A stretch of 64,000 bases of DNA from Actinomycetota bacterium (lineage in GTDB: Bacteria; Actinomycetota; Aquicultoria; Subteraquimicrobiales; UBA9087), in the NCBI GenBank assembly GCA_030019215.1, contig JASEEZ010000003.1, positions 12,109 through 76,108 on the forward strand, read 5' to 3'. Shown piece after piece: positions 58,721 to 64,000 of this stretch. The notes under the pieces are model-generated. The model saw only the letters and a program-made list of their open reading frames with translations. It was not told the DNA's origin and searched no databases. How positions within the stretch are numbered: the stretch's first letter is position 1; every line of letters starts with the position of its first letter. The position numbers and the translations under genes are program-made.

Positions 58721-60480
58721 ATGGATTTTGAGCCAGGAATGAGGCTGGGAATAGTCAGGAATGCGGCCAGAGTGCGGTGGCTGGTCATTGCCTACGTTCT
58801 TCTCTTTGTCTATTTTAACCCCACCCCACTGATAAAACTGCCCTTGGTTCTGGCGCTGATGGCCATGGCGGCCGCGTATAATCTCCTGGTTCATTTTGGC
58901 ATCTTTCCCTTTAAACTGACCGAAGGCGAAGGTCCAGGAGCGGTCTATGCCACGGTTTTAGGGGACATTGCGCTGGTCACTATGCTTATCGTGCTAACGG
59001 GCGGGGCCCATAGCCAGTTTTACTTTCTATATTTCCTCATTCTCCTTCTCGTGGCCGTCGCTTTCACCCTCCCCGTTGCCCTCGCTTTTACCCTTCTCAT
59101 CTCCACGATCTACTTTACCATTTACTCTTTGAGGCATCCTTTTCCCATGGAGTGGCTCAACGTCTCCTTGGGCCTGATCCTGGTTTGGTTTGCCATGACC
59201 CTGGCTTGTTACTATCTAGTTGGTGAGATCAGAAGGCAATCGGAGAGCTGCCGAATTGCCTACGGCGATCTCCAAAGTCACCATGAAGAGGTGGAGCGCC
59301 TTTCCCAAAAACTGGGAAGGGCTCTTACCGATTTGTCCACCATCTATAAACTCAGCAGGCAGATGGTGGCCAAGACCAACCCGCGAGAACTTTTGGATAT
59401 GGCGGTGCGGATGTGTAGGGAGGTTCTCGGTGCGGAATCGGTCTCCATAATGCTTCTGGGTAAAGACAGAGGAGAGCTCACCATTGAAGCAGCTCAAGGT
59501 CTAAGTGAGGAGTTGGTTAAGAATACTCGGGTGAAGGTCGGTGAGCGTGTCGCCGGCTGGGTGGTCAAAGAGGGCAAACCCTTACTGCTCGATCAAGATC
59601 TCAGCGGAATGGAGTTTAAGAAATTCCACAAGAGAGCGTCGGTCAAGTCCTCTTTGTGTGTCCCTTTGGTTGTGGGGGAGAGCCGATCGGGGCATTGAAC
59701 GTCACGAACAAAAAGTCGGGAGAGGAATTTACTCGAGATGAGCTGGAGCTACTCACCTCCTTCGCCGAGCACGTGGCAATAGTTTTGCAGAGAAATGTTC
59801 TCCTTTCAGAATTGGAGGAGAACCGGAGCATTCAGGAGCGCTTGACGAAAAAGATAATCGATGCGCAGGAGGAGGAGAGAAAGAGAATCGCTCTGGCTAT
59901 CCACGATAGTGTGGTTCAACTGATCGCCAGTACTCTTTTAAGACTCGACGCCTGCGAAGCACACCTTAGTGGCAATGATCGAGCAAGGGCGGAGCTTTAT
60001 AAGGCAAAAGAGGTGCTCGATGACAGTTTGGGTGAGATGAGAGGGCTCATCTCGGATCTTCGTCCAGTTCTCCTCGACGATCTTGGTCTCATTCCCGCTC
60101 TGCGCAAGACTGCGGAGGAGTGGGGAAAGGAAATGGGTATAACGACGGAGATCACGCTCGAGGGGCCTCACCCCGATTTGCCAAAGTCGGCGGAGACGGC
60201 CCTGTTCCGGATTGTCCAGGAGGCCTTGGCCAATGTGAAAAACCACGCCAAGGCCACCCGGATGGATTTGAAGATAACATCTGCAGATGGGCGACTGGAA
60301 ATCAAAGTGAAAGACAATGGTGTAGGTTTCGATTTTGAAAAAATCATCGCCAAATCCCTTACCAGCAAGAACATCGGTTTTGAGTCCATGCAGGAGAGAG
60401 CGAAGATGTGCGAAGGCAGCCTGGAGATAAATAGCGCCCCTGGGAAGGGAACGGAGGTCAAAGTTGTCGTCCCGCTTTGA
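58721..60480 (+). pseudogene. membrane GAF sensor histidine kinase (HisKA_3/NarL-type) split by a frameshift in a G5 run at 59674-59678 (inside the GAF domain)
   Basis: Frame 2 gives '...SSLCVPLVVGESRSGH*'. Frame 1 continues 'GGEPIGALNVTNKKSGEEF...' and then 'IHDSVVQLIAS' (HisKA_3) and HATPase_c. Adding one G restores 'CVPLVVGGEPIGALNV'. Confidence 0.7.
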
Positions 60481-60498
60481 GAGCGATAGGAGTGTTTA

Positions 60499-61130
60499 AT
60501 GGAGAAGATAAGGGTTCTTATCGCTGATGATCATACTCTGGTGCGGGAGGGCCTGCGGGCGATATTGGAACTGGCCGAAGATGTTGAAGTCGTCGGCGAG
60601 GCGAAGGATGGGGAAGAAGCTGTTCGGAAGGCACGCGAGCTGACCCCCGACATAGTCTTGATGGATGTAAAGATGCCGAATATGGATGGGTTGCAGGCGA
60701 CCCGGCTGATCAAGGAGGAGCTACCCCAGGTGGATGTAGTTATGCTGACGATGTACGCCGACGACGAGTACGCGCTGGAGGCTATCAAGGGTGGAGCCAC
60801 CGGATACATTTTGAAGAACACCCCCGGGATACCTTGCTCGACATCCTCCGCAGGATACATCGGGGTGAGGCCTTCGTCCAGCCTGAAGTCACCAAGGGGC
60901 TGCTTGGGGAAATCGTCAAACCCACTTCCAGGGAGAAGGTTTTAACCGATCGGGAAAGGGAAATTCTACAGCTAATGGCCGATGGGCTGACCAACAAGGA
61001 GATTGCCAAGAGGCTCTTCGTCGGTCTGGAGACCGTCAAGAGCCATGCGAGAAACATCTTTGCCAAGCTCGAGGTCTCCGATAGAGCGCAGGCCGTCGCC
61101 AAAGGCTTGAGAGAGCGCCTGGTCAAGTAA
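60499..61130 (+). pseudogene. NarL/LuxR-family response regulator split by a frameshift in a C5 run at 60821-60825
   Basis: The REC domain ('IADDHTLVREGL...VLMDVKMPNMDG') ends 'GYILKNTP' then goes out of frame. The LuxR HTH ('LTDREREILQLMADGLTNKEIAKRLFVGLETVKSH') follows in the +2 frame. One extra C restores 'KNTPRDTLLDILRRIH'. Confidence 0.7.
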
Positions 61131-61140
61131 CTGACCAGCA

Positions 61141-61380
61141 AAATCAGCTTAGAGCTCAGAGCACGGAGCTAGTGAGTTGATAGTCGTCAGTCGGGAGTCG
61201 TCAGTTTTTAGCCCCCAGCTTCCAGTCGCCAGTTACCAGTCCTCTTTGGTTTTGCTGAAAGCTGGCAGCTGGAGGCTGGAGGCTGTTATTTTTACTCCCC
61301 ACTCCCGACTTTCTATCCACGCTGGTGGCTGGAAGCTGGTAGCTGGCCCCTGGCCTCTGTCATTTGTTATCCCTCATTTG
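61141..61380. repeat. diverged third member of the CAGCTTAGAGCTC...CCTGGCCTCTGTCA element family with a different word-repeat interior (AGTCGTCAGTCGGGAGTCG; GCTGGCAGCTGGAGGCTGG)
   Basis: Shares both termini with the copies at 39078 and 54062. The interior is replaced by other oligo-word tandem repeats. Confidence 0.5.
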
Positions 61381-61514
61381 AGGGATATTTTTTTACCCCT
61401 TTTGAGTAAGAAAAAATCTCCCTTTGGTCTATTGAGTCCACCCGTACATCTCCCGATATAAAAAATGGAAAGAGCGTTAATTTATTCACATGCCTGATAG
61501 GCAGGTGGAAAGCG

Positions 61515-62384
61515 ATGCTTCAGCTGAGAGAAAAGATTCACCTGGTGAGAATAAGCATACCGTTGGTGTTGGTGCTGGTTCTGGCTATGGTGGCACCGAC
61601 TTATGTGAGCTTTGCCTTCTATCCCACGGCCATCGTGGAGCCGTATAAGATGATTTCCAGCACTCTTCCTGCTGAGGACCCTCTGTTGAGTGTGGTGATG
61701 GAGAGGCAGGTTCCGGGGGAGAAGGCCACCTTGACTTTCTTCGATGTTGGCCACGGCGACTGCGCCTTGGTTGAATATGTGGGGAAGGTGGTGATGGTGG
61801 ATGCCGCCACTGCCCAGGCTTGCCGTGATAAGGTCATTCCCCGGCTCAAGCAAAAAGGTATATCCAAGATTGATGCGTTGATAGTAACCCATTTCCATCC
61901 CGATCACATCGGTGGCCTGCCCGAATTGCGCAAGGAGTTCGAGATAGGGGAGATAATCCAGAGCGGGACGACCATGAGAGATTTCTTCGCCGTGATAGAT
62001 CCAGAGGAGGAGCTCAGGCTATATGCGGGTGAGAATGACAGGAGCCTCATAACTGCCTTCAATATTCACGGTGAGATGGTGCTCATCTTCGGCGACAACG
62101 AATTCTACAGTCAGAGTGAGTTCTGCAAGGAGTTTCTGGAGTATCAATGGAGCGGTGAGGATTGGGAGAGGAAACCCCTTGAGGTCAAAGTGCTCAAGTA
62201 CCCCCATCATGGAGTACATGACTATCCTCTCTTCGAGGACATCGAGGCCGAGAGTGTGGTCATAAGCTGTGGCACCGACGCACTGCGGTGGAATGTCCCG
62301 ACCACCGTCATCAAGCAGTACGAGGGCATTGGAAGCAAAGTTTACTGGACAGCCAAAGATGGAGATGTAGAGATAGCTTTTTGA
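61515..62384 (+). CDS. MBL-fold metallo-hydrolase (ComEC C-terminal-domain-like) with N-terminal TM/signal
   Basis: 'LTFFDVGHGDCALVEY' and 'LIVTHFHPDHIGGL' metallo-beta-lactamase motifs. Confidence 0.7.
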   Translation: MLQLREKIHLVRISIPLVLVLVLAMVAPTYVSFAFYPTAIVEPYKMISSTLPAEDPLLSVVMERQVPGEKATLTFFDVGHGDCALVEYVGKVVMVDAATAQACRDKVIPRLKQKGISKIDALIVTHFHPDHIGGLPELRKEFEIGEIIQSGTTMRDFFAVIDPEEELRLYAGENDRSLITAFNIHGEMVLIFGDNEFYSQSEFCKEFLEYQWSGEDWERKPLEVKVLKYPHHGVHDYPLFEDIEAESVVISCGTDALRWNVPTTVIKQYEGIGSKVYWTAKDGDVEIAF

Positions 62385-62494
62385 TGGAGAAATAATTTGA
62401 ACTAAAGGGGAAGATGTTAGACCGAGCACTCAGCGCCTGAGTGCTCGGTCACTCCATTTAAAAGTATTGAGGCCGGTGTTGATTGAATTAGCTA

Positions 62495-62680
62495 TTATTT
62501 CTTCTGGGCGATGGTCATGAGCACGAATGCGATTGCGAAAAGCAGGGAGGTGTCGGCAAATCTCAGGAAAGCACTCGGCGAGATGTTAAAAACGGGCGCG
62601 CCAATGATGAATTTTGCAACCAGGGAACCGATTAGGCTTACGACGGCAATAATGAGTGCGATGGTGCTCAAAGTCTTCAA
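62495..62680 (-). CDS. small membrane protein (61 aa, two TM helices)
   Basis: TTG start preceded by AAAGGTGGTGA. Hydrophobic 'TIALIIAVVSLIGSLVAKFIIG' and 'LLFAIAFVLMTIA'. Lies downstream of, and on the same strand as, the CpsB gene. Confidence 0.4.
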   Translation of the reverse strand: MKTLSTIALIIAVVSLIGSLVAKFIIGAPVFNISPSAFLRFADTSLLFAIAFVLMTIAQKK

Positions 62681-62768
62681 CTTTCTTCACCACCTTTCTT
62701 GCCTATTTAAATTTACTTCCTTCATTCTCCGAATATGAGGAATCTCCTTTTATTTTTACCTGAAGGGT

Positions 62769-63536
62769 TCACTCTGGAGGTTCACCCTGTCGCCCTGAAG
62801 AGATAACTTTACCGTCGATGACTTTTCTCGGATTTTCGACGAAGAGTTCCCGAACCTTTTCCGGCCCGACGCATCTTTCAACTGCCTCGATTGCCTTCGA
62901 CAATGACGTCAGGCGCTCGTCGGGATGGTGGGCATCGGAGGCGATCAAATGCACGAGGTTTTGCCTCAGCAGTTTTTTGCAGAGTTGCTGGATGGGATCT
63001 TCACGGGGGCCGGCTATGCTCACGGCGTTTATTTGTATTAGGCAGCCCTTATTGACGAACTTGGAGATAAGCGCCGGATTCTCCACGATCTGCTGGTTTC
63101 TCTCCGCATGGGCGATGATTGGAGTTAGTCCCCTAAGTTGTAGCTGGAATAAGAGATCCTCGGCGAAGATGGGTACCTCCTGGAAGGGGAGTTCGACCAG
63201 CAGGTGTTTTCCATTGGAGTTTATGGTCAGCATCTCGTCTTCCAACTGATTAAGGATTTCAGGAGAGAGGGAGACCTCCATTCCGAGCAGGACCTCGAGG
63301 GGAATCTTTCCCTTCCTCAGTCGGCGCTTAAGTTCCGCAAGTTTGGTTCGAATATCATTTCGGGACGGGTTGTAAAACCCCTCTTTAAGGTGGGGGGTGG
63401 CCACCATCGTCCCGATGCCATTTTTCACCGCCAGTACGGCGATCTTGAGACTTTCATCGAAATTCCCCGCCCCATCGTCGATTCCGGGGAGGATGTGGGA
63501 GTGAATATCTATAAACTCTATAAATTGGTTTAGCAT
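62769..63536 (-). CDS. CpsB/YwqE-family manganese-dependent protein-tyrosine phosphatase (PHP domain)
   Basis: 'FIDIHSHILPGIDDGA' hallmark N-terminus. 'ATPHL' and 'IASDAHH' motifs. Start taken at MLNQFIEF. Confidence 0.8.
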   Translation of the reverse strand: MLNQFIEFIDIHSHILPGIDDGAGNFDESLKIAVLAVKNGIGTMVATPHLKEGFYNPSRNDIRTKLAELKRRLRKGKIPLEVLLGMEVSLSPEILNQLEDEMLTINSNGKHLLVELPFQEVPIFAEDLLFQLQLRGLTPIIAHAERNQQIVENPALISKFVNKGCLIQINAVSIAGPREDPIQQLCKKLLRQNLVHLIASDAHHPDERLTSLSKAIEAVERCVGPEKVRELFVENPRKVIDGKVISSGRQGEPPE

Positions 63537-63681
63537 TTTTTCATAAATCCTCCCAAAGCAAAGATATTTAGTGTATCCTTCCACAAGGAGAATGCTTTAC
63601 CCTTATTTAAAATATCTAATGGACAATCCCTGCATAGTTAATTTTCGTGGCATCTGGAAAAGAGAAAACGGATGGCCAAAA

Positions 63682-64000
63682 TCAGCGCTGAGTGGCAGCA
63701 AATTCGATAGCGTTAGCCAGAACTCGGACTTGTTCACTGCTTTTAGCAATTTGAGAGGCTGGGGTGTTAAAGGCAGGCACAGGAGTCCAGATATGGAATG
63801 ACAGAGTGATAGCAATGGCTTTACCATTTCTATAATCTGCCACGGTGGCAGCAGGCTCTCCGAGTTCGTTTTCAACGATTGTTTTAACTGTAGGGTTCGA
63901 GTAGACATCCAGCCCCAGGGTGCTGGTATCGTAGGATGAAGCAAAGGATGCCGGTAAATTTTTTGCCAGAGGATGTTTGCGCTGTAGAACCGTGTATTTA
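63682..64000 (-). CDS. hypothetical protein, C-terminal part only; the gene continues beyond the window end
   Basis: Hand translation of the minus strand gives an open, protein-like frame ending '...NGKAIAITLSFHIWTPVPAFNTPASQIAKSSEQVRVLANAIEFAATQR*' (TGA at 63682-63684). It is not in the track because there is no Met in the window. It sits upstream of cpsB, so it may be a polysaccharide-locus gene. Confidence 0.4.
   Translation of the reverse strand, partial: KYTVLQRKHPLAKNLPASFASSYDTSTLGLDVYSNPTVKTIVENELGEPAATVADYRNGKAIAITLSFHIWTPVPAFNTPASQIAKSSEQVRVLANAIEFAATQR

Noticed and set aside
61177-61461. 94-aa ORF at 61177-61461
   Set aside because: It lies entirely within the word-repeat element (GCTGGAAGCTGG, AGTCGGGAGTCG tandem words). 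The translation is repeat-driven low complexity.
63603-63944. 113-aa minus-strand track ORF and 76-aa plus-strand ORF at the right edge
   Set aside because: A different minus-strand frame gives a clean protein-like translation that runs off the window and ends at 63682. The listed ORFs are in other frames and have odd composition.

Overview
This 64 kb window is a bacterial chromosomal segment of about 55% GC, dense with housekeeping genes, whose gene content suggests an anaerobe. Reading on both strands I identify the following.

- Cofactor and amino-acid genes: a larE-larB-larC nickel-pincer cofactor cluster (no larA in view), a DUF4446 protein, a GAF-GGDEF cyclase, pheA, serS, a UbiA/CtaB-like prenyltransferase, and lysC with asd.
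- A tRNA island around tadA: four tRNA-Ser isoacceptors, tRNA-Arg(ACG), decayed tRNA fragments, and a duplicated tRNA-Arg 3' end beside a small AT-rich insert.
- A Y1 (IS200/RAYT-like) transposase fused to a DnaA-C-like helix-turn-helix, flanked by REP-like repeats.
- Transporters and a small RNA: an ABC-2 exporter, a long (Bacillus-type) SRP RNA, a MarR + HlyD + MacB-type efflux cluster, an MFS transporter and a CDF transporter.
- Replication and central metabolism: dnaX-ybaB-recR, porGDAB (pyruvate:ferredoxin oxidoreductase), and nfnA/nfnB interrupted by a low-GC 'four-helix-bundle protein' cassette.
- Signalling genes, several apparently damaged: a HAMP-GAF-HD-GYP gene interrupted by an in-frame TAG, and a GAF histidine kinase and a LuxR response regulator each broken at a 5-nt homopolymer.
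- Repair and redox candidates: a YprA/MrfA-type DUF1998 helicase, a LOG-like protein, YbaK, a [FeFe]-hydrogenase-like/GGDEF fusion, an AmrS-type radical SAM enzyme, a NUDIX/Clp1-like kinase/UDG-like trio, and a ferredoxin beside a NapH-like polyferredoxin with a small CxxC membrane protein.
- Stress and other genes: dnaK-grpE-dnaJ-hspR-clpB, a RelE/ParE-Phd toxin-antitoxin pair, ApbE, LysE, two DUF2229 proteins with a BadF-type activase, an MBL hydrolase and a CpsB-type phosphatase.

The most unusual aspect is the intergenic space. Almost every operon boundary carries modular oligo-'word' repeats, and several longer repeat families are present in two or three copies. These include MITE-like elements with CCGTTACAAC inverted termini, a ~230 bp element and a ~135 bp element. 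Some flank an apparently inserted gene.

All calls come from reading the sequence and the translated ORFs; no database search was possible.
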